Shown here: positions 10,106-20,274 of the stretch, piece after piece
Position numbering within the stretch: position 1 is the stretch's first letter
How the letters are laid out: the number at the start of each line of letters is the position of its first letter
NCBI GenBank assembly: GCA_965213925.1
Contig: CBDCAM010000001.1
Span: 32,001-96,000 of the forward strand
DNA from: Trueperaceae bacterium
GTDB taxonomy: Bacteria > Deinococcota > Deinococci > Deinococcales > Trueperaceae
DNA length: 64,000 nt
Reading direction: 5' to 3'
The notes under the pieces: model-generated
The model's input: only the letters and a program-made list of their open reading frames with translations
What the model was told of the DNA's origin: nothing
Database searches by the model: none
Program-made: the position numbers and the translations under genes

Positions 10106-11138
10106 TGTAGAGCACGCCGACACCGTCCTTACAGTGACAAACCTCAAAAAACATTTTCCTGTTCGCAAAGGGCTCTTACGCCGTGTGGTGGCGCATGTTA
10201 AAGCCGTCGACGGCGTTTCTTTCCGGGTAGAGGCAGCTGAGACGCTGGCCTTAGTGGGAGAGAGCGGCTGTGGCAAGACCACTACGGGCCGCCTGGTGTT
10301 ACGCGCTCACGTTCCCACGGCAGGGCAGATTGTTATCCGCGACGGGGAGCACGTCTGGAAGATGCACGAACTCGAGGGGGCAGACTTACGGGCGGCGCGC
10401 CGCAGTGCTCAGATGATCTTCCAAGACCCTTCTCATTCTTTAAGTCCTCGCATGACGGTGCTCGATATCATCAGCGAGCCCCTTATTTTGAATGGCGTAA
10501 GGAGAAGCCGTGCGCGTCAAAAACGGGTGCGCGAACTGATGGACGTGGTCGGTCTACCGCAAGACTATCTGCGACGTTACCCCCACGCCTTTTCAGGGGG
10601 TCAGCGGCAGCGCATCGGCATCGCTCGAGCGTTGGCGTTGCAGCCCAAACTCATTGTCGCTGACGAGCCGGTATCGGCTCTCGACGTGTCGATCCAGGCC
10701 CAGATTTTGAACCTGCTCAAAGACCTTCAGACGGAGTTCGGCTTGAGCTTTTTGTTTATTTCTCACGACCTTCGGGTGGTCGCTCACATCAGCACTCGAG
10801 TGGCGGTGATGTATGTAGGGCACATCGTTGAGATAGGTCCTACAGAAGAGCTTTTTGCCAAGCCTGCTCATCCTTATACGGAAGCGCTCTTCTCAGCTAT
10901 TCCCCAGCCCACGCCCAATGCGCTCAGCAAAGAAATCGTCCTTGGGGGTGAGGTCGCCGACCCCATCAATCCGCCGCCTGGTTGCATTTTTCATCCGCGT
11001 TGCCCCTACGCCACCGATATTTGCTACCGGGAAGTACCAAAACTGGAGAAGGTCGAGACGAGTAGCGGGTCGCACTGGGTCGCCTGTCATTTGGCAGCTG
11101 AACTCGACCTTCAAGGTGCGGGGCCACCACCCTCATGA
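10086..11138 (+). CDS. Oligopeptide ABC transporter ATP-binding protein (DppF-like)
   Basis: GESGCGKTT, FSGGQRQR, DEPVSALD, HPYT, GC.FHPRCP. Confidence 0.95.
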   Translation: MTESQIDVEHADTVLTVTNLKKHFPVRKGLLRRVVAHVKAVDGVSFRVEAAETLALVGESGCGKTTTGRLVLRAHVPTAGQIVIRDGEHVWKMHELEGADLRAARRSAQMIFQDPSHSLSPRMTVLDIISEPLILNGVRRSRARQKRVRELMDVVGLPQDYLRRYPHAFSGGQRQRIGIARALALQPKLIVADEPVSALDVSIQAQILNLLKDLQTEFGLSFLFISHDLRVVAHISTRVAVMYVGHIVEIGPTEELFAKPAHPYTEALFSAIPQPTPNALSKEIVLGGEVADPINPPPGCIFHPRCPYATDICYREVPKLEKVETSSGSHWVACHLAAELDLQGAGPPPS

Positions 11139-11222
11139 AAGGAGGTGATTACCGGCTTACCGAGCAGCTGAAAAGAAGCTAAAGTCCGAGGGCCACCTTA
11201 AAAACTCTTGAAGGGAGTAGGT

Positions 11223-13103
11223 ATGAAACGCACTTTTTTAAGCTTAGTAGGACTTTTTGCCCTGACTTTTACGCTGGCTTTTGCCCAGTACGATGAGGCA
11301 CCCATGTTGGCCGAGCGGGTCGCCGCCGGCGACTTGCCGCCTGTAGAGGAGCGTTTGCCGACAAACCCTATGGTGGTTGAGCCCCTCGAGCAAGTCGGCG
11401 AGTACGGCGGCACCCTGAGACGCGCTCTGACGGGAGTATCTGACGCACAAGGCTGGCTGACGATTTCCAGGGCGTCGCTTATCGAATGGGACATCGGCAC
11501 CTCTGAACCCGTTCCCGCCCTGGCTGAATCCTGGGAAGTCAGCGAGGACGGCACGACCTATACCTTCCATCTCCGCGAGGGTTTGAAGTGGTCGGATGGT
11601 CAGCCTTTTACGGCTGATGATCTGGTCTTTTTCTATGAATCCGTAGCGAGCAACAAGGAGCTTTCGCCTAGTTTTCCGGGCTGGCTTATGGTTGCCGGGG
11701 AGCCCGTGATTATCAGCAAAATCGATGACACCACGGTCGAGTTTAGATTTGCCGCTCCCTACTCACTCTTGCCCGCCCTGCTGGCTTTTCGTGGCCGCGA
11801 GATTCTTACGCCTGCACACTACCTAAGCCAGTTCCATCCTGACTTTACCGATGAAGCGACGCTCAGTCAGATGGTGGCGAACGAGGGCTTTGACGAGTGG
11901 TTTCAACTTTTCCTAGCAAAAGACGATGACTACTTAAACACCGACATTCCGGTTATGCGAGCTTGGCAGATTACTCAGGCTTTCCCTGAAGACCGAATGG
12001 TTGCCGAGCGCAACCCTTATTACTGGAAGGTCGACACCGAGGGCAACCAGTTGCCCTACATCGACTTTGTCACCGCCGACCTTCTTTCCGACGCCCAGGT
12101 GATTACCCTGCGGGCGGCCAGCGGCGACATCGATTTACAGTACCGTCACATTGGCTTTAGCGACGCAGCGCTGCTTATTGATGGTCAGGAAGCTGGAAAC
12201 TACACCATAGAGCGCTGGGTTCCCGGCGGCGACGCCTTCGGTTTGAACATGAACCAAAGTCACAAAGACCCCGTCATTCGTGAGCTGATGCAAACGGCGG
12301 AATTCCGCCAGGCGCTTTCGCAGGCCATCGACCGCAACGAAATGAACGCGTTGCTGTTTAATGGTATAGGCACTTTAAGTCAAGTCATTCCCTCTTCCGG
12401 TGACCCTTACTACATCGAAGGCAGTGGGCAGCGCTGGCTCGAGTACGACCCCGAGCTTGCCAACGAACTTTTAGACGGCATCGGCCTGGATCAGCGGGAC
12501 GCCGAGGGCTACCGTTTGCGTCCTGACGGCGAACGCTTGAGTTTGACCATCCTCACCTTTCCCTTCGAGACGGGTGCAGCCTCGGGTGACGCCTACGAAC
12601 TGATAGCCCAATACTGGCAGGACGTCGGCGTTGACGCCCGTATGGACCTGGTCGAGCGCTCTCTTTGGACGGAACGCATGACGGCTGGGGACCAGGATGT
12701 CGGCGGCTACGGCTCTGCAGGCACGCTCTGGGAAATTGATCCGCTCTGGTTTGTTCCGACCAGGGACCTCTCTTACTGGGCGACTCTGTTCGGAATCTGG
12801 TACGAAACCCAGGGCGCGGAAGGCGAAGAGCCGCCCCCTGATTTGCGCCGTCTTCAGGAACTTTACGATGAGATGGTCGTCACTGTGGACCCAGAAAAGA
12901 GGCTCGAGCTTGGGCGAGAGATTGTGAGAGCCCACGACGAGAACGTGTGGATTATCGGCACCTTGCGGCTTCCGTTTCAGCCCGTAGTGGTTAGTAACGA
13001 CCTGATAAACGTGGTTGAGCAGGGTACGGCCGACTACCGCTTGCTGCACGAGGGTCAGACCTGGTTCGAGCAACTGGCTTTCGAAAATCCTGAGGAACAT
13101 TAA
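11223..13103 (+). CDS. ABC transporter substrate-binding protein, family 5
   Basis: Signal peptide MKRTFL...AFA, EAPMLAE.V..G.LPPVEERLP, LREGLKWSDGQPFTADD, ERNPYYWKVD..GNQLPYID. Confidence 0.95.
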   Translation: MKRTFLSLVGLFALTFTLAFAQYDEAPMLAERVAAGDLPPVEERLPTNPMVVEPLEQVGEYGGTLRRALTGVSDAQGWLTISRASLIEWDIGTSEPVPALAESWEVSEDGTTYTFHLREGLKWSDGQPFTADDLVFFYESVASNKELSPSFPGWLMVAGEPVIISKIDDTTVEFRFAAPYSLLPALLAFRGREILTPAHYLSQFHPDFTDEATLSQMVANEGFDEWFQLFLAKDDDYLNTDIPVMRAWQITQAFPEDRMVAERNPYYWKVDTEGNQLPYIDFVTADLLSDAQVITLRAASGDIDLQYRHIGFSDAALLIDGQEAGNYTIERWVPGGDAFGLNMNQSHKDPVIRELMQTAEFRQALSQAIDRNEMNALLFNGIGTLSQVIPSSGDPYYIEGSGQRWLEYDPELANELLDGIGLDQRDAEGYRLRPDGERLSLTILTFPFETGAASGDAYELIAQYWQDVGVDARMDLVERSLWTERMTAGDQDVGGYGSAGTLWEIDPLWFVPTRDLSYWATLFGIWYETQGAEGEEPPPDLRRLQELYDEMVVTVDPEKRLELGREIVRAHDENVWIIGTLRLPFQPVVVSNDLINVVEQGTADYRLLHEGQTWFEQLAFENPEEH

Positions 13104-13116
13104 CTCAAAAACACAG

Positions 13117-13138
13117 GAGGGTAGCGTAAGCTACCCTC
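13117..13138 (+). terminator. Stem-loop after the binding-protein gene (mRNA stabiliser or partial terminator)
   Basis: GAGGGTAGC-GTAA-GCTACCCTC, 9-bp stem with a GNRA loop; no U tract. Confidence 0.6.
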
Positions 13139-13184
13139 TAAAGTGGAGCTTTAAGTCAGCAGACTCGCTACTGAGAGGCAGATT

Positions 13185-14489
13185 ATGAATAGGATTAGTG
13201 CGGGCTGGGCAACGTGTGACATTACCCCTGAACCGGGTCTACCTCTTGGCGGTCGCGGTCCGAGGCTTACCCCTGCCCGTAAGGTGCTCGAGCCGCTCAC
13301 CGCGCAAGTCCTCATCCTCGAGGACGCGAAGGGGTTTCGCACGCTGTGGCTGTCGCTCGACCTCATCGGCATGTCGCCCGAGGCAGGTTTGGCGTTGCGC
13401 TGGCAACTAAGTGCAGCCTGCGCAGTTCCGCTAGAGGCGGTTATCATCAACTTCTCACACACCCACAGCGGGCCTATGATTAACCTTGGCCTTGCTGCAA
13501 CGCTGGTCGAAAAACCTGACTCGATAAGTAGCTATCACGCCTGGCTCACCGACAGGATGTGTGAACTCGCCAGGGAAGCCGCCGACGATATGAAGGCGGT
13601 TGAGGTGCGGCGTTATAGTGGCACCTCTCGTATTGGGATAAACCGCCGTCTTCAAACAGAAGCAGGTATGGAAATGCGTCCCAACGAACGTGGGGTCTAC
13701 CATGAAGAGCTGTGGGTTCTAGAGCTTAAGGGAGACAAGGAGCGCTGTCTGGTTTTTTCACATGGCTGTCACCCTGTTATTGTCTACGGCTACGCTTTAG
13801 ACGCTATCTCGGGCGAATACCCTGCCTTTTGTCGCAAAGCATTGCGCGCTGAGCTGGGCGAAGAGGTTCACTGCCAGTTTATCCAGGGGGCAGCGGGAAA
13901 CGTGCGCCCGCGCATCTTAGCAGACTTAGAAACCAAGCGCTTTCGAAAAGCTCAGCCAGGCGACGCTGAAGCTGTCGGTCAGGACTTAGCCAGAGACGTG
14001 CTTTTGGCCCTAGAAAATGAGGGTGAAGGTCTCGAACTCGACCTGAAGGTGGCAACAGGGTCTTTTTTGCTTCATCGCAGAGAAGGACCAGACGCATCTC
14101 ACTGGGAAAGCGAGCTTGAAAGCCAGGAAGAATTGAAAAAACAGCGCGCAGCCTACTGGTTGGCCCACCCCGTGCAAGCTCTGGCTACGCCCTGGTCGAT
14201 GGGTCTTTTGCAACTTACACATGAACACTGGATTGCATTTTGTGGTGGCGAGGTGGTCGCTGAATGGGTTGAATTGCTCAAGAATTACCTCGACAAACCC
14301 AGCCTGGTCGTTTGGGGTTACTGCAACGACTGCGAAACCTACTTACCTACGGACGCTCTTCTCGAGGAAGGGGGATATGAGGTCGCGGGGTGCGCGCCGA
14401 ATACGCGCACCGGACCGGGGGTTTTCAAGCCGGGTATCGACGAGGCGTTGCGGGAGCGGGTCCAAAGTCTGGCGTTGGAGTTCAACTAA
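13185..14489 (+). CDS. Neutral/alkaline ceramidase-like metallo-amidohydrolase
   Basis: DITP, SHTHSGP, GINRR, GCHP, QGAAGN, GE, GYCND...Y.P......GGYE. Confidence 0.75.
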   Translation: MNRISAGWATCDITPEPGLPLGGRGPRLTPARKVLEPLTAQVLILEDAKGFRTLWLSLDLIGMSPEAGLALRWQLSAACAVPLEAVIINFSHTHSGPMINLGLAATLVEKPDSISSYHAWLTDRMCELAREAADDMKAVEVRRYSGTSRIGINRRLQTEAGMEMRPNERGVYHEELWVLELKGDKERCLVFSHGCHPVIVYGYALDAISGEYPAFCRKALRAELGEEVHCQFIQGAAGNVRPRILADLETKRFRKAQPGDAEAVGQDLARDVLLALENEGEGLELDLKVATGSFLLHRREGPDASHWESELESQEELKKQRAAYWLAHPVQALATPWSMGLLQLTHEHWIAFCGGEVVAEWVELLKNYLDKPSLVVWGYCNDCETYLPTDALLEEGGYEVAGCAPNTRTGPGVFKPGIDEALRERVQSLALEFN

Positions 14490-14543
14490 ACCTTTTGAGT
14501 GCCCCTTAGTCGGCACTAAGCACCAAAAGGAGTCACTGTCACT

Positions 14544-15344
14544 ATGTCAAACGGCAAAACGGTAAGTACCGGTGAAGAGTTTCAACACTTCTGGGACACA
14601 CCCCAAAACATCCTGCTGACAGGCGAGTGCGTACCCTTCGACTTTGAAGTTCCAGCCCTGGAGGAAATTGTCGACGCGGTTCGCCGCGACGAGCACGCGC
14701 GCATAACCAATTTTTTACCGGGTTTCGCACATGAATCCGATCATGAGGATTTTGCAAAAGACTTTCGCAACGCTCCTCTCGCTGAAGCTATGAAGATGCC
14801 TTTTCACATGCGCCACTTCAACCTCGACCGTTTTTACGGTAAAGGTCAGCTTTTAGAAGGCTTTGTCGACGGGGTGCTCCGACCCTGGCAGGCGTTTTTG
14901 GCTCGCAACGGCTTCACCTGGTACCGCCTTTATCCCACCTTTTTTATGTCGGGCGGCGGCAAGAAAGGGAGTCACTACCACATGGACGTGTCTTACGTAC
15001 TCGCCTGGCAGCTTCACGGTACCAAGATTTTCAACGGCCTTAAAGAGCCAAGTCGCTGGGCGCCTATCCACAAAGCCACTACGCCGGATTTTCGCAAACA
15101 GGAGCAAACCAGGAGTACCCCCCCTGAAGGTATCGGCGAAGACGACGTCCTCAGCTACCGCATGGGACCGGGTGCGGTGCTGTGGAACAAGTTGCTGACG
15201 CCCCATTGGGTGGAAACGGGCGACGACTCGGCAGCTTGTAGCCTCAATATCTCGCACGGCGGCGTGCGCCACCACGGCCAGCTTTGTCCCAACGGGCGCT
15301 ACCTCGAGGCCTACTGGCAAGAGCACAACCAAGCTCGTTTTTAA
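14544..15344 (+). CDS. JmjC/cupin-like putative Fe(II)/2OG oxygenase (paralogue A)
   Basis: F.SG....HYHMD (HxD), WQLHGTK, M.PG.VLW....PHWV (distal His). Confidence 0.7.
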   Translation: MSNGKTVSTGEEFQHFWDTPQNILLTGECVPFDFEVPALEEIVDAVRRDEHARITNFLPGFAHESDHEDFAKDFRNAPLAEAMKMPFHMRHFNLDRFYGKGQLLEGFVDGVLRPWQAFLARNGFTWYRLYPTFFMSGGGKKGSHYHMDVSYVLAWQLHGTKIFNGLKEPSRWAPIHKATTPDFRKQEQTRSTPPEGIGEDDVLSYRMGPGAVLWNKLLTPHWVETGDDSAACSLNISHGGVRHHGQLCPNGRYLEAYWQEHNQARF

Positions 15345-15345
15345 G

Positions 15346-16281
15346 ATGGGCGGTGAGGGAGCTTGGAGCTTCGTCCACGTGAGCGACATCCAGGTGGGCT
15401 CGCCGCGCTCTTTTCGCTTTGCCCCGGCCTGGAACGAAAACTGGCGCACGGCGCGGCGGCAAATCATAGCCCAGCACCCCGACTTGCTGCTGGTGGGGGG
15501 TGACCTCACCCGTGACGGCACCCTCCACGACTTTGAACTAGGGGCGGTGCGCGACGACTTAGCGGCACTGCCTATGCCTCACCATGCCATTCCGGGCAAT
15601 ATGGATGTGGGTAACAAGCACGCCTCACGGCAGGGGGCCTTTGACAACCGTGACGACGTTACGCTCAATACGAGTTCAGTTCAGTTGCAGCGTTTCGCCC
15701 GTTACTTTGGCGACTTTCCCTGGACGTTCGTTCATAAGAACGTTCGTTTCTCAGGTATCTACGCGGCGTTAGCGGGCTCGAGCTTGCCCGAGGAAGAAAC
15801 GCTTTGGCGATGGCTCGAGTTGCTGGCTAACTTGCCTAAACCCGACCATCACGTGCTTATGATGCACTACGCCCTTTTTATCGACGCGCTGGACGAAGCC
15901 GAGTTCGATATGACCTCTCCTGAGGAGTATCACGCCTGGTACTTCAGTATCGACCATGCGTATCGGCAGCGGCTGCTCGACGCCTTTATAGCGGCGGGGG
16001 TGGATACCGTTATAAGCGGTCACATTCACTGTCGGAAGCCCGCACAGGTGCAAAGCGGTATAACTTTTTATAAAGCACCGGCCACTTGCTCTTCGCAATT
16101 CACTGAGCGTTGGTCGGATGGCGACCCCCACTTAGGCTTCTTGTGTTTCGAGGTGCGGAGCGACTGCCTCGAGGCGTCTTTTATCCCCCTCGCATCTACC
16201 TCTTCAGCCCCGGGTTACGGCCCTGGCGGTCATCCCAAACCCGAGGCGCGCAACTATACGCTGGCCTGGGAAAAACCGTGA
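15346..16281 (+). CDS. Calcineurin-like metallophosphoesterase with variant motifs
   Basis: SDIQ, GGDLT, PGNMD, MMH, SGHIH. Confidence 0.85.
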   Translation: MGGEGAWSFVHVSDIQVGSPRSFRFAPAWNENWRTARRQIIAQHPDLLLVGGDLTRDGTLHDFELGAVRDDLAALPMPHHAIPGNMDVGNKHASRQGAFDNRDDVTLNTSSVQLQRFARYFGDFPWTFVHKNVRFSGIYAALAGSSLPEEETLWRWLELLANLPKPDHHVLMMHYALFIDALDEAEFDMTSPEEYHAWYFSIDHAYRQRLLDAFIAAGVDTVISGHIHCRKPAQVQSGITFYKAPATCSSQFTERWSDGDPHLGFLCFEVRSDCLEASFIPLASTSSAPGYGPGGHPKPEARNYTLAWEKP

Positions 16282-16357
16282 AGCCTTTCTCAAAAGCCCA
16301 CCCCATTTCTCGCCGGGATGCACGACCCCCCGCACAAGCTAAAGAAAGCGAACCCTT

Positions 16358-17245
16358 ATGCTCAAGATAGGTATGGTTGGCTCGGACAATTCTCACGCCA
16401 TCGCCTACTCAAAACTCGCCAACGTCGAAAAAATCGTCGGTGACAAGTGCCGCGTCGTCGGTATCTTCGGTCAGGAAGAAACGCGTACGAAGGAGGTTGC
16501 TCGAGAAGGACAAATCGAAACGGTCGTCAGTAAGCTTGACCACCTGGTCGACATGGTCGACGCTGCGCTGGTGGTCGATAGACACGGTGACTTACACCTT
16601 GAACACGCCCTGCCCTTTTTAGAAAAGGGTTTGCCCGTTTATGTTGATAAACCTTTTGCCGTCAGCTTGTCTGACTGCTCAGCCATGTTGAAGGTGGCAG
16701 AACGGTCGGGTTCACTGTTAAGCTCTTTTTCTTCCCTGAGAATCTCGCCGGGAACCACGGCTTTAGCTGAAGAAGCCAAATCCATCGGCGACATAAAAGT
16801 AGCCCATTTCGCAGGCCCTTGCGACTTTGAGAGCCAATATGCAGGTCCCTTTTTTTACGCTACCCACGTGGCTGAAATTGCCATCAGCTTGCTCAACGAC
16901 GAAGTAGCAAGTTTGCGGGCGAGTCGCTTAGGCGAAAATGTCAATGTGCAGGTTTTTTGGAAGGGGGGAACCCTCTCGAGCTTTAGCTACTTAGGGGACG
17001 CGGCTTACCACTTTCACGCCAGTTTGTTCGGCACCGAAAAGATGACGGCCAGAGAAATCCTCGGGGGCTACAGCAGTTATGGCGAGGTGCTCAAAGCCTT
17101 TTTACTGATGATTGAAACCGGAGAGCGCCCGCTCAGCAACAAAGAACTGCTTCATCCTATCGCCATCGTCCACGCCATTCAAAAGTCCCTGGCTTCTGAG
17201 GGCGCACAGGTCGGCATCGCCGAAATTTTGGAAGGTGAGACTTAG
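16358..17245 (+). CDS. Gfo/Idh/MocA family oxidoreductase
   Basis: KIGMVG.DNSH, H...A...LEKG.PVYVDKP, FFYATH. Confidence 0.88.
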   Translation: MLKIGMVGSDNSHAIAYSKLANVEKIVGDKCRVVGIFGQEETRTKEVAREGQIETVVSKLDHLVDMVDAALVVDRHGDLHLEHALPFLEKGLPVYVDKPFAVSLSDCSAMLKVAERSGSLLSSFSSLRISPGTTALAEEAKSIGDIKVAHFAGPCDFESQYAGPFFYATHVAEIAISLLNDEVASLRASRLGENVNVQVFWKGGTLSSFSYLGDAAYHFHASLFGTEKMTAREILGGYSSYGEVLKAFLLMIETGERPLSNKELLHPIAIVHAIQKSLASEGAQVGIAEILEGET

Positions 17246-18499
17246 GTGGAAAAGTTAGCCCTTTGTGGAGGCCCAAAAGTACGCGACAGGCCTTTTGAAA
17301 AATGCAACCGCTACGGTGAAGAGGAACTGCGAGAGCTTAAAGAAGCTCTCGCGCAAGGCACGCTTTTTTACTGGCAGGGTAAAAAAGTTAAGAAATTCCA
17401 GTCTACCTTGGCTGAGATGCTGGGTAAAAACCATTGCACCGCCACGACATCGGGCACCGCCTCTATACATACGGCCTTAGGCGCTATAGGACTCGGCGTG
17501 GGGGACGAGGTTATCACGTCACCGATTACGGACATCGGGACGGTAGTGGGCGTTCTTTATCAAAATGCCATTCCCGTCTTTGCCGACCTTGATCTAAGAA
17601 CTTATACGGTGCAACCAAGCTCCATTGAGAGCTGCATCAGCGAGCGCACCAAAGCTATTTTGGTGGTGCATCTTGGCGGTAGCCCGGCCGACATGGACGC
17701 CATACTCGCTATCGCCGAGCGTCATAATCTCTACGTGATCGAGGACTGCGCTCAAGCTTGGATGGCGAGCTACAAAGGCCGCTACGTCGGCACGATGGGG
17801 CATCTGGGCGCTTTCAGTTTGAACGAGTTCAAACATATCTCCACGGGGGACGGCGGAGCGGTCGTAACGGACGACGACGCGTTGGGTGCCAAAGCCAGAA
17901 TGTTTGCCGATAAATACATGGACCGTGTGGGCGGTGTTAGAGAGTCCCCCATGTTGGCCCCGAATTACCGAATGACGGAACTTCAAGGCGCGGTTGCGGT
18001 GGCCCAACTTGGCAAGGTTCACGCCATCTGCAAACGCAGAACTGCTGTAGGAGACAAAATCAGCAACGCCGTCAAAGACTTAGAAGGTGTTTTGCCGCCT
18101 CGAGTGGTTGAAGGAGGGCGTCACGTTTACTGGCACTACATGCTGCGCATCGATGAAAAGACGTTGGGCGCTACGCGCGTCCATTTTGCTGAAGCTCTTA
18201 GTGCTGAAGGTATACCCTGCACCGCAGGCTACATCCCCACCTGCCTTTATGAATACCCGCTTTTTAAAAACAAGACGATTTACCCCAACTCGCGCTTTCC
18301 GCTCGAGTCGCGCGAGTTGGCTAAGACTTACAGCTATAGCGCCGGTTTGTGCCCGCAAGCCGAGGAGATTTTAGCGTCTTGCGTGGTGTTGCCCTGCAGT
18401 GAATGTTATACGGATGATGACGTGAACGACATTATCGACGCCATCACTAAGGTCGCTACCTATTATCACCGTCAGCCCGAACGCGATCACATTTCATAG
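17246..18499 (+). CDS. DegT/DnrJ/EryC1/StrS family aminotransferase (second copy)
   Basis: SGTASI, GDEVI, IEDCAQA, FSLNEFKHISTGDGG (PLP lysine), NYRMTELQGA. Confidence 0.93.
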   Translation: MEKLALCGGPKVRDRPFEKCNRYGEEELRELKEALAQGTLFYWQGKKVKKFQSTLAEMLGKNHCTATTSGTASIHTALGAIGLGVGDEVITSPITDIGTVVGVLYQNAIPVFADLDLRTYTVQPSSIESCISERTKAILVVHLGGSPADMDAILAIAERHNLYVIEDCAQAWMASYKGRYVGTMGHLGAFSLNEFKHISTGDGGAVVTDDDALGAKARMFADKYMDRVGGVRESPMLAPNYRMTELQGAVAVAQLGKVHAICKRRTAVGDKISNAVKDLEGVLPPRVVEGGRHVYWHYMLRIDEKTLGATRVHFAEALSAEGIPCTAGYIPTCLYEYPLFKNKTIYPNSRFPLESRELAKTYSYSAGLCPQAEEILASCVVLPCSECYTDDDVNDIIDAITKVATYYHRQPERDHIS

Positions 18500-18534
18500 G
18501 GCGCGGACGGTTGCGCCCTCACTTTGAGGTGCCC

Positions 18535-19473
18535 ATGAAAGACTTGAAACTCATAGATAGCCATCAGCACGTCTTCTGGCATGGTCGGGACGATGTAGGG
18601 CTGATTGCCGATATGGACGCCCACAACATCGAAAAAGCCTGGCTTTTGACCTGGGACGAGCCGGGCGCAGATACCAACAACATCAACATGGCTGTGATGG
18701 ATCCACGCTTTAAACAGCTCGGCAGTCGGGAAACAATGGCACCCTTGCACAATGTCATCGAGATAAGTCGCCGCTATCCCGAGCGCTTTATTCCTGGTTA
18801 CTGCCCCAACCCCCTCGATCCACAGGCTGTGAGCAAGCTGGCGGCTGCCGTTGATATTTTAGGTGTGCGGGTTTGCGGGGAATGGAAATTCAGCTTGCAC
18901 ATTGACGACCCTCGCTGCATAGAGCTTTTTAGGTTTGCAGGCACTCGAGGCCTACCTGTCGTTTTACATCTCGACGTACCTTATTTGCCTCCAAAGGGAG
19001 GCAAGTTTGTGGGGGAAGGTATGTGGAAAGGGGGATCGGTGGATAATCTAGTACGCACTCTTGAAGCTTGCCCTACGACCAACTTCATAGGTCACGCCCC
19101 TGGTTTCTGGCGGGAAATGTCGGGTGAAGCAGATACGTATCCTGTAGCCTATCTCAAAGCGCCCTTGGCGCCCGGCGGTAGACTCCCCAATATTTTTGAA
19201 GCGCACGAGAATCTTTACGCCGACCTATCAGCCGGCAGCGCCTTGAGGGCTTTACGGGCCGCTGAGGACGAGGCTCGAGCCTTCATCACGCGCTTTGAAG
19301 ACCGCCTGCTCTTCGGACGCGACTACTACGGTACGGAACTTTTCGACTTTTTATCGGGTCTTGACCTGCCTGAAACCACCTGGCAAAAAATCGGGCGCGG
19401 CAATGCCGAGAAGCTCTTAGCTCATACCAAAGGGACGAACACCGCAGCTATTCGCCCCCTGATTGGAGAATGA
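18535..19473 (+). CDS. Amidohydrolase family 2 protein
   Basis: IDSHQH, GEWK, PVVLH, FIGH, YADLS, LLFGRD; ATG 18535 has a GAGGTG RBS. Confidence 0.85.
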   Translation: MKDLKLIDSHQHVFWHGRDDVGLIADMDAHNIEKAWLLTWDEPGADTNNINMAVMDPRFKQLGSRETMAPLHNVIEISRRYPERFIPGYCPNPLDPQAVSKLAAAVDILGVRVCGEWKFSLHIDDPRCIELFRFAGTRGLPVVLHLDVPYLPPKGGKFVGEGMWKGGSVDNLVRTLEACPTTNFIGHAPGFWREMSGEADTYPVAYLKAPLAPGGRLPNIFEAHENLYADLSAGSALRALRAAEDEARAFITRFEDRLLFGRDYYGTELFDFLSGLDLPETTWQKIGRGNAEKLLAHTKGTNTAAIRPLIGE

Positions 19474-20252
19474 TGCACAAAACGGTAAGCACCTGGCGAG
19501 ATTTTAAAGCCCACTGGGACGGCGTTCTTAACTTTTTGCTCGGCGGCGAATGCGTCCCCTTCGCCTTTGACCTGCCGAGCGTTGAAGAGGTCATCGACAG
19601 CGTCCGCCGCGATCCTGACGCTCGCATCTGGCGCGGTGCCAAAGGAGATAGCCTTGATAAAACAGATATCGCCGAGTCGTATAGGCGACTTCCTATCGAC
19701 GAGGCTGTCAAGGCCAACTTCCAAATGTCGCACTTTAAACTGGCGAATTTTTACGGCGAAGGTCAGCTTTTCGAAGGTTTTGAAGAACAGGTCATGAAGC
19801 CTTGGCAAGGAGCGCTCCGCGCAGCGGGGTTCAGCTGGACGCGCTGCTACCCCATCCTTTTTATCAGTGGACCCGGCTGCGCTACCAATTACCACCTGGA
19901 TTACTCGCATGTTCTGGCTTGGCAACGCTACGGCAGCAAACGCTTTTCAGGGCTCAAAGATCCCGAGCGCTGGGCACCCCTGGAAACGCGCCTTCACGCG
20001 GCGGGCATCAAGCAACCTTCCGGTATTCGGGAAGAGGACGCTCTCAGTTACGACATGCAGCCGGGTGACGTGCTCTGGAATACCTTTCTAACCCCGCACT
20101 GGGTCGAAGCGACTGATACGGTCAGTTACAGCATCAACCTCTCGCACGGAGGCTTGAGGCTTGATGGTAAACTCTGCCGTCATGAGCAAGAGCTTTTAGA
20201 CTGGCGTGAGGCACATCCTGCAGAAAAGGGTCTCGGCGCTGTAAACGTTTGA
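19470..20252 (+). CDS. JmjC/cupin-like putative Fe(II)/2OG oxygenase (paralogue B)
   Basis: NYHLD, WQRYGSK, MQPGDVLW...TPHWVE; aligns along its length with 14544-15344. Confidence 0.7.
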   Translation: MMHKTVSTWRDFKAHWDGVLNFLLGGECVPFAFDLPSVEEVIDSVRRDPDARIWRGAKGDSLDKTDIAESYRRLPIDEAVKANFQMSHFKLANFYGEGQLFEGFEEQVMKPWQGALRAAGFSWTRCYPILFISGPGCATNYHLDYSHVLAWQRYGSKRFSGLKDPERWAPLETRLHAAGIKQPSGIREEDALSYDMQPGDVLWNTFLTPHWVEATDTVSYSINLSHGGLRLDGKLCRHEQELLDWREAHPAEKGLGAVNV

Positions 20253-20274
20253 CGGCAAACACCCCTGGGGGAAA

